64,000 nt of DNA. Origin: Candidatus Eiseniibacteriota bacterium (GTDB taxonomy: Bacteria > Eisenbacteria > RBG-16-71-46 > CAZAMP01). Below the pieces are notes generated by a model. That model worked only from the letters and a program-made list of their open reading frames with translations, was not told where the DNA came from and did no database searches. Location of the stretch: assembly GCA_965224245.1 (NCBI GenBank), contig OZ245046.1, positions 5,728,001 through 5,792,000 of the forward strand, given 5' to 3'. The stretch's first letter is position 1, and the number at the start of each line of letters is the position of its first letter. The position numbers and the translations under genes are program-made. Below are positions 33,501 to 41,999 of this stretch, piece by piece.

Positions 33501-34843
33501 TGAGCGCGATCCCCGAGCACGACGTCGCCACGGCGCCCAACGACGACACGCTGCTTCGCTGGCGAACGACGTGCAGCTCATGCGGCGCGCCGGTTCCGGT
33601 GACCGAGGAGACGCGTGCGCTCGTCTGCCGCTTCTGCGGCGAAGGGCGCCTCGTCGACCGCGCCCGGCCGCTGGCGCTGTTCCAGCCCCACACGATTCCG
33701 GCCGACGACACGGCCCTGACCATCAAGCGATGGATGCGTGCCGAGGGGCACCGCGCCACGAAGCTGGGGAGCGTGGTCAAGGTGCTCATCCCGTACTGGG
33801 GACTCCGGCGCACGGCCGTCGTCTGGCCCGACGAGGCGCTCGTGGACGGCGGCGCGCGCGCCAGCCTGACGACCTCGCGGGCCTGGCTCCCCGCCCTCAG
33901 TCAATGCGCCGAGATCTTCGCCACCGAGCCCGACGTGGCGGGGGATGTTCACTGCTACCCGGTCTCGGCGTACTACGTCGGCTCGGACGTGCTGGTCGCC
34001 GACTGCCAGCGCGACGCGGCCACGACCGACGAGCTCCGGCGGCGGGCGCTCGTCGAGGACACCGAGGACGAGGCACTGGTGCGTCATGCCGTCGTGGACG
34101 AACGCTACGTCGTGCTGTACCGGCCGTTCCATCTCCTTCGCTACAGCTTCCGTTCCGACCACTTCACGATCGTCGTGTCGGGACGCTCCGGGGAGGTGCT
34201 CGGTCGCGTCGCCGGTGACGTCGCGTTGCAGAGCGGTTGCGCCGTGGCGGGGAAGGTGCTGCTCGGCAGCGGAACCGTGCCGCAGTTCGCCGCCGACTGT
34301 CCCACCTGCGAGCGCCGGATGTTCGGCGCCGCGGAGTCGAGCCTGCTCCACTGTCGGGTATGCCGCCAGACGTGGACGCTCTCCGGCAGCCGCCTGGTGG
34401 CGGTCGGATCGGTCGTCGCGCGTGGCGAGGGGCACACGCTGCCGTTCTGGCGCGTCCGGCTGCACCTGCCCGATGCCGCGAACGGGGATGGCATCGAGGC
34501 GAGCCTGCCCTTCGTCTACGTGCCCGCGTTCGCCGACTGTCCGCCGGCGTTGATGCGGCGGCTGACGATCGCGATCTCCGAGAGCACGCCGACGTACGAG
34601 GAGATCCCCGGCGCGCCGACGGGCGCACCACCCTGCACGCTGTCGCGTGAAGCGGCGTCGCGGATCTCGGAGATCGCGCTGCCCGAGCTCGCGCCGGCCT
34701 TCGCCGGGGGATGGGATCCGGCGGTCTCGCCCGCACGGGCCGCCGAGTGCGAGGTCGTGTGGGTCCCATTCCGTCTCGAAAGCGGCTTCTTCGTCGAGCC
34801 CATGAGCGGCGCGATGATCTCCGAGGCCGTGTTCGGCTCCTGA
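33500..34843 (+). CDS. Zinc-ribbon-containing hypothetical protein
   Basis: CSSCGA...CRFCG and CPTC...CRVC ribbons; ATG overlaps the upstream stop. Confidence 0.7.
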   Translation: MSAIPEHDVATAPNDDTLLRWRTTCSSCGAPVPVTEETRALVCRFCGEGRLVDRARPLALFQPHTIPADDTALTIKRWMRAEGHRATKLGSVVKVLIPYWGLRRTAVVWPDEALVDGGARASLTTSRAWLPALSQCAEIFATEPDVAGDVHCYPVSAYYVGSDVLVADCQRDAATTDELRRRALVEDTEDEALVRHAVVDERYVVLYRPFHLLRYSFRSDHFTIVVSGRSGEVLGRVAGDVALQSGCAVAGKVLLGSGTVPQFAADCPTCERRMFGAAESSLLHCRVCRQTWTLSGSRLVAVGSVVARGEGHTLPFWRVRLHLPDAANGDGIEASLPFVYVPAFADCPPALMRRLTIAISESTPTYEEIPGAPTGAPPCTLSREAASRISEIALPELAPAFAGGWDPAVSPARAAECEVVWVPFRLESGFFVEPMSGAMISEAVFGS

Positions 34844-35053
34844 TGCCCACCAGGACGCCGGCGGCACCGCCGGCCGGGAACCTCGTACCCATCGGCCAAG
34901 TCCGCACGGCCGAACGGTTTGGCCGCCGGGCCGCCGCGACGGGGGCGGTGCGTATCCAGTGGACCGATTCCGCATCGCGAGGCCGCGCCGCCGCCGCCGT
35001 CGCCAAGTCGTTTTCGTGCTGGAACTTGCAACAGTCAACGACCGCCCTCCGTC

Positions 35054-35069
35054 TGGCACGATCGATGCA
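35054..35069 (+). promoter_or_regulatory. Sigma54 -24/-12 promoter
   Basis: TGGCAC-GATCG-ATGCA (near consensus), 65 nt upstream of the ATG at 35135. Confidence 0.65.
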
Positions 35070-35134
35070 AAATCGTGACCCTGGGCATTCGAGTCGCCAA
35101 TCCGCAGGCGGCGTTCCAAATCACGGAGGGCACC

Positions 35135-35770
35135 ATGAAACCGACACGCTTCCAAGGCCCGCGGGCGGCAGCTCTCCGCGCCGCGGCCATCGCGGTGGTC
35201 GCGACCGCCGTTCCCCTGGCCGCCGACGCGTTCTACGTCGCGATCGACTTCGACGACGACGGAGATCCGTCGACGGTCCGGAGCACGATCCAGGCACCGG
35301 TCGGCGACCTCGTCGTGGGGCTGGTGACCCTCGACTTCATCCCGTATCCGTACGAGTACGTCGGCGGCATCCAGTTCGGCCTCGACGCCACGTCCGGCCT
35401 CGAGCTGGTGGGGGCGTACGGGACCGACGGGTCCTCCGGCTTCCTGACCGACGGTCCGGGCGGGATCGCGATCGCCTTCGGGGTTCCGCTCGCGAACGAC
35501 GACCTTCCGTGGTTCACGACGCGACTGGTGTTTCGCGTCACGTCGTCAGAGCCGCAGACCATCGCGATCGCGCCGTCCACGGGCTGGGGAGAGACGTACA
35601 GCGGTCTGGTCATGTCCGTGCGCACCGAGGACGGCGACTGGCAGACCGTGGTCAGCGACATCGCCATCCGGGCGCAGCTTCGGGGTCTCGTGAACGGCGG
35701 CGACACGCTTCCGGTGCAGACCAAGAGCTGGTCGGCCATCCGCAAGTTCTTCAGCGACGACACCCTTTAG
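35135..35770 (+). CDS. Exported beta-rich protein with C-terminal LPVQTKSWSAIRKFF tail
   Basis: GGAGG RBS; signal peptide ending LAADA. Confidence 0.75.
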   Translation: MKPTRFQGPRAAALRAAAIAVVATAVPLAADAFYVAIDFDDDGDPSTVRSTIQAPVGDLVVGLVTLDFIPYPYEYVGGIQFGLDATSGLELVGAYGTDGSSGFLTDGPGGIAIAFGVPLANDDLPWFTTRLVFRVTSSEPQTIAIAPSTGWGETYSGLVMSVRTEDGDWQTVVSDIAIRAQLRGLVNGGDTLPVQTKSWSAIRKFFSDDTL

Positions 35771-35783
35771 GACCCCCCGGTCG

Positions 35784-35829
35784 ACCCCCGGGATCGGCTT
35801 CGGTGCTCCGCCGATCTCGGGGGTTTCTC
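35784..35829 (+). terminator. Probable intrinsic terminator
   Basis: ACCCCCGGGATCGGC-loop-GCCGATCTCGGGGGT followed by TTCTC, right after the stop codon. Confidence 0.55.
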
Positions 35830-35934
35830 GTGTCTCCACTCGTCGAGCCGGCTCTCGGGGGCCGGGATGTCGAAAGATGCGGCCGCACGTCGAGCTGTGG
35901 TATCGGTTCTCCGCCCGGAAGGAGGATCGGAGCG

Positions 35935-37203
35935 ATGCGGCGATTGCAAGGGTCTGTCCTGGCGCTCTCGGTGGGGATGCTGGGGTGCGGAGGCGGAACG
36001 GTTCCGCCGCGCCATCCGGACGTCGAGCCGCCGAGCCCCGTCGAGGACGCTCCGATGACCGAGCCGGCCGACGCCGACCAGGAGACGCGAGCGGACGACG
36101 ACGACGCGCCGCTGCCCGCGTGGGTACTGGGTGGCCGGCCACATCCGGTCTATCGGGCGCCGGCGTACCGGGTCGCCGTCGCGTCCGACCGACGCGAGGC
36201 GGTGGCCGACAGCGTCGCACGCGCCCGTGTCCGCGCCGACGTCCTCGACGCCCTGGACGGTGCGCAAGCGGCCGCCCAGGCGGTGCACGCCTACTTCTCG
36301 CTCGGCGAGGACTTCGCCGGCCACGTGGCCGGCGACCTCCGGTCGTCCGGCGGATCCCTCGCCGTGCTGGACTCCCTGATCCGCATCGCCCCGGAGACGC
36401 GCGGGCGGTATCTCGGCGCGCACTATGCACTGGCCTATCTGGATGCCGACGAGGCCGAGGCCGTCCTGGGCGCGCGGGCCGCCGAGATGCGTGCGCGGGT
36501 GGTGGACGCCTGCGATCGGGCCGAGGACGCGTACCGCGGGCAGAACTGGTTCGAGTTCGCGCGCTGGTCTCGGGCCGCACTGGGCCGGGAGGCCGACCGG
36601 ATCGCCATCGAGCTCCTGGCCTACGCGTCCGATCGGCGCGCCGCCGCCGCGCCCGACTCGGCCCGCGGTGCGCGGTGGATGCCCGAGCCGCGGCTGCTCG
36701 ATCTGCGCCCGGCCGCGCTCCAGATGATGGACACGCATGGCTGGAGCCTCGACGTGGTGTTCGACTGGCCGCCCGACACCGATCCGCGCCCGCTGGAGCC
36801 CCGCATCCGCCAGCGTCTGATGCAGTATCTGCTGGACATGGGTCTTCACGTGGGGCTCGGCTCGGGGTGTCCTCAGCCGATTCCGTCCGAGGACGGAGTC
36901 ACGTTCGAGCCCCCGCCGCCTCATCACATTCTTCACGTGGCGATTGCCGGCGCCCAGGACCGGCTGGTGGGGCAGGGATGGCGCGCCACGCTCACGTTCG
37001 ACGTCCGCGCGTCGACGTGCGACGCCGGGGTCGTCGTGACCGAGCGACGGGCGGCCGAGCTGGCGAGCTTCCATCCCCGTGATCCCGATGCCGCGATGTG
37101 GCGCGTGGCCCGGCTCGCCGATCTGGAGTCGAGCCTGGACGAGGCGCTGTCGCGCGTCGATCTGATCATCCCGGCCGAGGTCTTCCTCGGCGTGGCCGGC
37201 TGA
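35935..37203 (+). CDS. Hypothetical lipoprotein
   Basis: MRRLQGSVLALSVGMLGC lipobox; Pro/acidic linker followed by a PAWV motif. Confidence 0.65.
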   Translation: MRRLQGSVLALSVGMLGCGGGTVPPRHPDVEPPSPVEDAPMTEPADADQETRADDDDAPLPAWVLGGRPHPVYRAPAYRVAVASDRREAVADSVARARVRADVLDALDGAQAAAQAVHAYFSLGEDFAGHVAGDLRSSGGSLAVLDSLIRIAPETRGRYLGAHYALAYLDADEAEAVLGARAAEMRARVVDACDRAEDAYRGQNWFEFARWSRAALGREADRIAIELLAYASDRRAAAAPDSARGARWMPEPRLLDLRPAALQMMDTHGWSLDVVFDWPPDTDPRPLEPRIRQRLMQYLLDMGLHVGLGSGCPQPIPSEDGVTFEPPPPHHILHVAIAGAQDRLVGQGWRATLTFDVRASTCDAGVVVTERRAAELASFHPRDPDAAMWRVARLADLESSLDEALSRVDLIIPAEVFLGVAG

Positions 37204-37416
37204 TCCGGGCAACCCGACCTCTCCGTTCCCGCCGATTGCCCCTGCCCGCGCGTGTGCCCACGGCGTATACTTCTCGCGCCTGTGGCGCGCCCCCGGACCC
37301 CGTCGTGCGCCCGAGCCGTCTCGGCGCGCGACTCCGAGCCCCGGACCCGATTTCCCGACGTCACGGCCGAGCACGCGCTCCCGGCCGCGAGGTCGGTCAT
37401 GCGAGGACGACTTCCG

Positions 37417-38202
37417 ATGACCATACGACTTGCGTCCACGGCCGCGGTGGTGACGCTCTGCCTTTCGGCCCCGCCGGCGGCGGCCGGCTTCCTGGTGGCC
37501 CAGGCGGTGGGCGAGCACATCGTGGCCATCGACACCGAGACCGGCGAGGTCGTGTCGACCTACACGATGCCGACCACGGTCGGCGAGTCTGCGCAGTCCA
37601 TCGCGACCGACGGCACCCGGTATTTCGTGACCGACGCCGACGACGGGTCGCTGTGGAGCATCACCGACAGCTTCTACGGGGCCGAGCGGATCGGCGACCT
37701 CCCCGCGGCGACCCCCAAGGGCATGACGATGTTCGACGGCGAGCTGTGGCTCATCGGCCAGGCCTCCGTCGGCGACGATCGACTTCACGTGCTCGACCCC
37801 ACCACCGCGGCCGAGCTCCGGAGCTACGTCATCCCCGCGGAGGTCAATCTGACCGCCGATCTCACGTCGGATGGCGAGCACCTCTGGGGGGTGGACGTCG
37901 CGGCGAGGAAGCTCTGGCGGATCCAGCCCTCCGACGGGTCGCTGGACCTGTCGTTCGATCTTCCCGCATCGGGGACCGTCTTCGCGCTGGCGTTCGATCC
38001 GGACACCGACCAGCTCTGGTTCTTCCGGAACGGCGCGCTGGCCGCTTTCACGATCGACCGCACCACCGGCGACTACACCGAGGCGTTCTCGCTCGCGGGT
38101 GAGGACTTCGCGTTTCTCTTCTCGGCGGTCTATCGATCCGAGGTGGTGCCGACCCGAACCGCGAGCTGGTCGGCGCTGAAGGGGGCCTACGGCGGGCGCT
38201 AG
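37417..38202 (+). CDS. Exported beta-propeller-like protein with C-terminal VPTRTASWSALKGAY tail
   Basis: Signal peptide; repeated xDG..LW and ID..TG blades. Confidence 0.75.
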   Translation: MTIRLASTAAVVTLCLSAPPAAAGFLVAQAVGEHIVAIDTETGEVVSTYTMPTTVGESAQSIATDGTRYFVTDADDGSLWSITDSFYGAERIGDLPAATPKGMTMFDGELWLIGQASVGDDRLHVLDPTTAAELRSYVIPAEVNLTADLTSDGEHLWGVDVAARKLWRIQPSDGSLDLSFDLPASGTVFALAFDPDTDQLWFFRNGALAAFTIDRTTGDYTEAFSLAGEDFAFLFSAVYRSEVVPTRTASWSALKGAYGGR

Positions 38203-39026
38203 CCCGAGCCGAGGTGCCGCTCGTAGGCGGGGACGGCCACGGCCAGGACCTCGTCGAGAATCGCGTGCCCGGCGACGATCATGCCGTCGCGCTGGGTCGG
38301 GTCGGGCTCGAGGTACGAGAACCGCCGTCCGCGCCAGCTGCGCATGCCGGCTCCGGCCTCCTCCAGGACGACCTCGAGCGCGCAGGTGTCCCACTCTCGA
38401 GGTGTCCCGCCGACGCGGAGCACGAGATCCACCTCCGATCGGGCGGCCAGCACGATCCGGGCGCCGAAGCCGGCCTTCTCGACGACGTCACCCACGCCGA
38501 GGCGCCGGGCCACCTCGCGGACGATGCCGTCGTAGTGACCTTCCTTGACCGCCAGCGTGTACGGGCGGGTGGCCGCGCGGACCGTGAACGACCGGCGTTC
38601 GCCCCCGGCCTCGGTGATCCACGCCTTCCGGCCCGACTCCGCCTCGATGAGGACGTCGTTCCGGGGGTTGTAGACCACACCGAGCACCGGAACGCCGTTC
38701 TCGACGAGTCCGATCAGGACCTCCCAGGCGTCGCTGCCCCGGATGAACTCGCTGGTGCCGTCGATCGGGTCGACCATCCAGGTCCGGCGAGTCTCGAAGC
38801 GCCGGGGGTCGGGATCGGACTCCTCGGCCAGGATCGCGTCGTCGGGGAAACGGTCCGCCAGCGCCTCGACGATCAGGGTGTTGGCCGCCCGGTCGGCGGC
38901 CGTGACCGGCTCGCCATCCGCCTTGGCCTCGGCGGACACGCCGACCCTCTGGTAGCCCAGCGCCAGCTCGCCGGCGCGCCGTGCGAGGTCCACGGCCGCG
39001 TCGCGCTCTTCGGAGAGGCTCGTCAT
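38199..39026 (-). CDS. cysQ: 3'(2'),5'-bisphosphate nucleotidase / inositol monophosphatase family
   Basis: PVTAAD, ILAEE, WMVDPIDGTSEFI and EWDTCA motifs. Confidence 0.8.
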   Translation of the reverse strand: MTSLSEERDAAVDLARRAGELALGYQRVGVSAEAKADGEPVTAADRAANTLIVEALADRFPDDAILAEESDPDPRRFETRRTWMVDPIDGTSEFIRGSDAWEVLIGLVENGVPVLGVVYNPRNDVLIEAESGRKAWITEAGGERRSFTVRAATRPYTLAVKEGHYDGIVREVARRLGVGDVVEKAGFGARIVLAARSEVDLVLRVGGTPREWDTCALEVVLEEAGAGMRSWRGRRFSYLEPDPTQRDGMIVAGHAILDEVLAVAVPAYERHLGSG

Positions 39027-39222
39027 CGTGACGTTTCGATCGTCCGGGAGATTGGAACACGGCTTTTCGGCATCATACGCAACCGCCGAAACGAGTGTCA
39101 AAAGCCAGCATCCACGCGGTCCGGGCGGACAGCCGGCTCGCGCGACTTGTCCCGGAGCCGTTGCATCTTTATTCTCAGGTGGTTACAGGAACCCAAGGCG
39201 GAGACGGAGACGACACCGACCC

Positions 39223-40407
39223 ATGCCCGAGCGCACCGACCACGACCTGACGAACGCCTCCCGGGCCGAGCCGCAATCGCGGTTCGGCGAGGGATCCCAC
39301 GACGACGTCCTGACGGCTCTTCTGGAGGCCGCCGTCGACGCGATCGTGATCATCGACGAGCGGGGTCGGATCGTACGCTTCAGCCCGGCGGCCGAGCGCA
39401 TGTTCGGATACCCCGAGCACGAGATGATCGGTCGCAGCGTGTCGGCGCTGATGCCCGAGCCGGACCGCCACCGGCACGACGCCTACATCCGCCGGTACGA
39501 CGAGACCGGCGAGGCCAGGATCATCGGCATCGGCCGCGAGGTGGACGGCGTCCGGCGGAACGGGGACGTCTTTCCGATGGATCTGTCCGTGGGGGAGGCC
39601 CGCTTCGGCGGTGGGGAGCGGCGATACGTGGGGATCCTGCGCGACATCACCGAGCGCAAGCGAACCGAGGAAGATCTCCGCAAGCAGCGCGAAGCGCTCG
39701 CGCACATCGACCGGCTGGGGACGATGGGCGAGCTGGCCACCGGCATCGCGCACGAGATCAACCAGCCGCTGACCGCGATCTCGGCCTACGCTCAGGCCTG
39801 CAAGCGGATGATCCTGCTCGGCACGGCGGACACCGACGAGCTGGCCGACGCGCTGTCGGAGATCTCCAACGAGGCGATCCGCGCCGGCGAGATCATCCAC
39901 CGCCTGAGGGCCTTCACGCGCCGCCACGAGACCAGCCAGGAGCCGTGCGACGTGAACGCGCTCATCCGCGACGTCGCCAAGCTCACCGAGGTCGACGCGC
40001 ACCACCGCGACGTTCCCCTCGAGCACGACCTCGCGCCGGGTCTTCCGACCATTCTCGCCGACAGCGTCCAGATCCAGCAGGTGATCATCAACCTCGTCCG
40101 GAACGCGCTGGACGCCACCCAGGACAAGCCGTCCCCGCGACCCACGGTGACGGTATCCAGCGCCACCGACGCGGACGGCAACGTGGTCGTGTCCGTGCGG
40201 GACGGGGGCGTCGGCATCGAGTCCGAGGACGACGTGTTCAAGCAGTTCCGCACGACCAAGCCCGACGGCATGGGCCTCGGGCTCAACATCTGTCAGAGAA
40301 TCGTCCATGCGCACGGCGGCCGTATCTGGTTCGTCGCCAACCCCGAGGGCGGGGTCACGTTCTCGGTCGCGCTGCCGGCCTTCGAAAAGGGAGAACGCGA
40401 TGGCTGA
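39223..40407 (+). CDS. fixL: Soluble heme-PAS oxygen sensor histidine kinase
   Basis: LMPEPDRHRHDAYIRRY..TGEARIIGIGREV matches the FixL heme-PAS signature; AHEINQPL and TTKPDGMGLGL. Confidence 0.85.
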   Translation: MPERTDHDLTNASRAEPQSRFGEGSHDDVLTALLEAAVDAIVIIDERGRIVRFSPAAERMFGYPEHEMIGRSVSALMPEPDRHRHDAYIRRYDETGEARIIGIGREVDGVRRNGDVFPMDLSVGEARFGGGERRYVGILRDITERKRTEEDLRKQREALAHIDRLGTMGELATGIAHEINQPLTAISAYAQACKRMILLGTADTDELADALSEISNEAIRAGEIIHRLRAFTRRHETSQEPCDVNALIRDVAKLTEVDAHHRDVPLEHDLAPGLPTILADSVQIQQVIINLVRNALDATQDKPSPRPTVTVSSATDADGNVVVSVRDGGVGIESEDDVFKQFRTTKPDGMGLGLNICQRIVHAHGGRIWFVANPEGGVTFSVALPAFEKGERDG

Positions 40408-41014
40408 CCCCATCGTCAACGTCGTCGACGACGACGCGAGCGTCCGCAAGTCGCTCACGATGCTGCTCAAGTCGGTGGGCCTCAGGGCCAAGACGTATGC
40501 CTCAGCACAGGAGTTTCTGGACACGTTCGAGCGCGGCGTGCCGGGGTGTCTCGTTCTGGACGTGCGCATGCCCGGCATGAGCGGCGTCGAGCTCCAGCAG
40601 AAGCTCCTGTCGATGAACGTTCACCTTCCGATCATCTTCATCACCGCGCACGGTGACGTGCCGATGGCGGTGGAGACGATGAAGGCCGGAGCGATCGACT
40701 TCATCCAGAAGCCGTTCCGCGATCAGGACCTGATCGACCGCATCCAGACCGCACTCGCCGAGGACGAGCGGCTACGCAAGCTCTCGGCCAACCGGGCCGA
40801 GATCGCCGAGCGCCAGGAGACCCTGACGCCGCGCGAGCGGGAGGTCATGGATCTGGTCGTCGGAGGTGCGCCGAACAAGGCCATCGCCGCCGAGCTGGGG
40901 CTTTCCGAGAGGACGGTGGAGATCCATCGATCACGCGTCATGACCAAGATGGGGGCCGAGTCACTGGCCCACCTGGTCACGCTCGTGGTGGCTTCCCGGG
41001 GCGCCGCCGAGTGA
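40400..41014 (+). CDS. fixJ: FixJ-family response regulator (REC + LuxR HTH)
   Basis: VDDD, LDVRMPGMSG, HGDVPMAV, LTPREREV and TVEIHRSRVM motifs. Confidence 0.88.
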   Translation: MADPIVNVVDDDASVRKSLTMLLKSVGLRAKTYASAQEFLDTFERGVPGCLVLDVRMPGMSGVELQQKLLSMNVHLPIIFITAHGDVPMAVETMKAGAIDFIQKPFRDQDLIDRIQTALAEDERLRKLSANRAEIAERQETLTPREREVMDLVVGGAPNKAIAAELGLSERTVEIHRSRVMTKMGAESLAHLVTLVVASRGAAE

Positions 41015-41022
41015 CGTCGGTT

Positions 41023-41048
41023 GCCGGTAGTGGGATTCCACTACTGGC
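41023..41048. promoter_or_regulatory. Inverted repeat (operator or hairpin) between fixJ and the next operon
   Basis: GCCGGTAGTGG-GATT-CCACTACTGGC. Confidence 0.45.
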
Positions 41049-41141
41049 CCCCCGCCCATTCCGTATTTCAGACCCCGCCAGCCGTCGCGATGATTCGACT
41101 GTGGTGGTTCAGCCGGAACCGCCCTTCAATCGGAGACTTGG

Positions 41142-41510
41142 ATGGCCGAGATCGAGGGCACGGTACACGTCATCAGTGACGATACGTCGCAGATCGCGGC
41201 CCTCGCCGAGATCGGTCGCGTCCTGCACCTGACGGTGCGCGCGTTTCCGACGAGTGAGGCTTACAGGCTTGCGTGTACCGACCGACCGCTGTGCGTGATC
41301 TTCGCGAACGGTGATCTCGGCCAGACGCTCCCCGATGCGGCGAGGGGCGTACCGATCATCGCGCTGACCGACGCGGCCGACGTGTCGAACGCCGTCAACG
41401 CGATGCGTGCCGGCGCCACCAACGTGCTGGAGAGACCGGTCTCCCGGGGGACCTTTCTGGCGACGCTCCGCGCCATCATCGGCGACGCGAGACGCGACGC
41501 GCCTTTGTGA
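41142..41510 (+). CDS. Stand-alone degenerate receiver domain (FixT-like)
   Basis: PIIALT..ADVSNAVNAMRAGA..VLERP; no phospho-Asp at the expected position and Lys replaced by Arg. Confidence 0.65.
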   Translation: MAEIEGTVHVISDDTSQIAALAEIGRVLHLTVRAFPTSEAYRLACTDRPLCVIFANGDLGQTLPDAARGVPIIALTDAADVSNAVNAMRAGATNVLERPVSRGTFLATLRAIIGDARRDAPL

Positions 41511-41525
41511 CCGAGGAGGTCCGTC

Positions 41526-41930
41526 ATGTTGGTCAAGGAATGGATGACGCCCGACCCGATGACGACGTCCGCGGAGACGCGTCTGATCGATGCCTATCGC
41601 CGGATGATCGAGTACGAGATCCGGCATCTTCCCGTCGTCCAGGATGGTCAGCTGATCGGGATCCTCTCCACGGTCGACGTGGGGCGCCGCCTGGCCGCCG
41701 TCGGCGTGACGGACTGGTCGGATACGACGGTGCGCGACGTGATGACGCCTGATCCCCTGACGACGGCTCCGGATGCGGAACTCGCACGCGTGGCGACAGT
41801 ACTTCACAACGCGAGGGTGAGTGCGCTCCCGGTGATGGAGAAGGGCGCGCTCATCGGAATCATCACCACCGACGATCTGCTTGGCGCCCTCGTCGCCGAC
41901 GAGACGGCCCTGGCCGAGAAATCGAAGTAA
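41526..41930 (+). CDS. CBS-pair protein
   Basis: VKEWMT, IRHLPVV, VRDVMT and ALPVM..G.LIGIIT motifs. Confidence 0.92.
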   Translation: MLVKEWMTPDPMTTSAETRLIDAYRRMIEYEIRHLPVVQDGQLIGILSTVDVGRRLAAVGVTDWSDTTVRDVMTPDPLTTAPDAELARVATVLHNARVSALPVMEKGALIGIITTDDLLGALVADETALAEKSK

Positions 41931-41999
41931 TGCGCCCCGCCGAGCTCGCGCACCACCACCGAGGGGTGCGTTCGCCCTCGGGGGCGACAGGAGCGAGTC

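Noticed and set aside
34711-35934. N-terminal extension of the 830-aa ORF 34711..37203
   Set aside because: It overlaps the real 35135..35770 gene and its terminator; the lipoprotein start at 35935 fits better.
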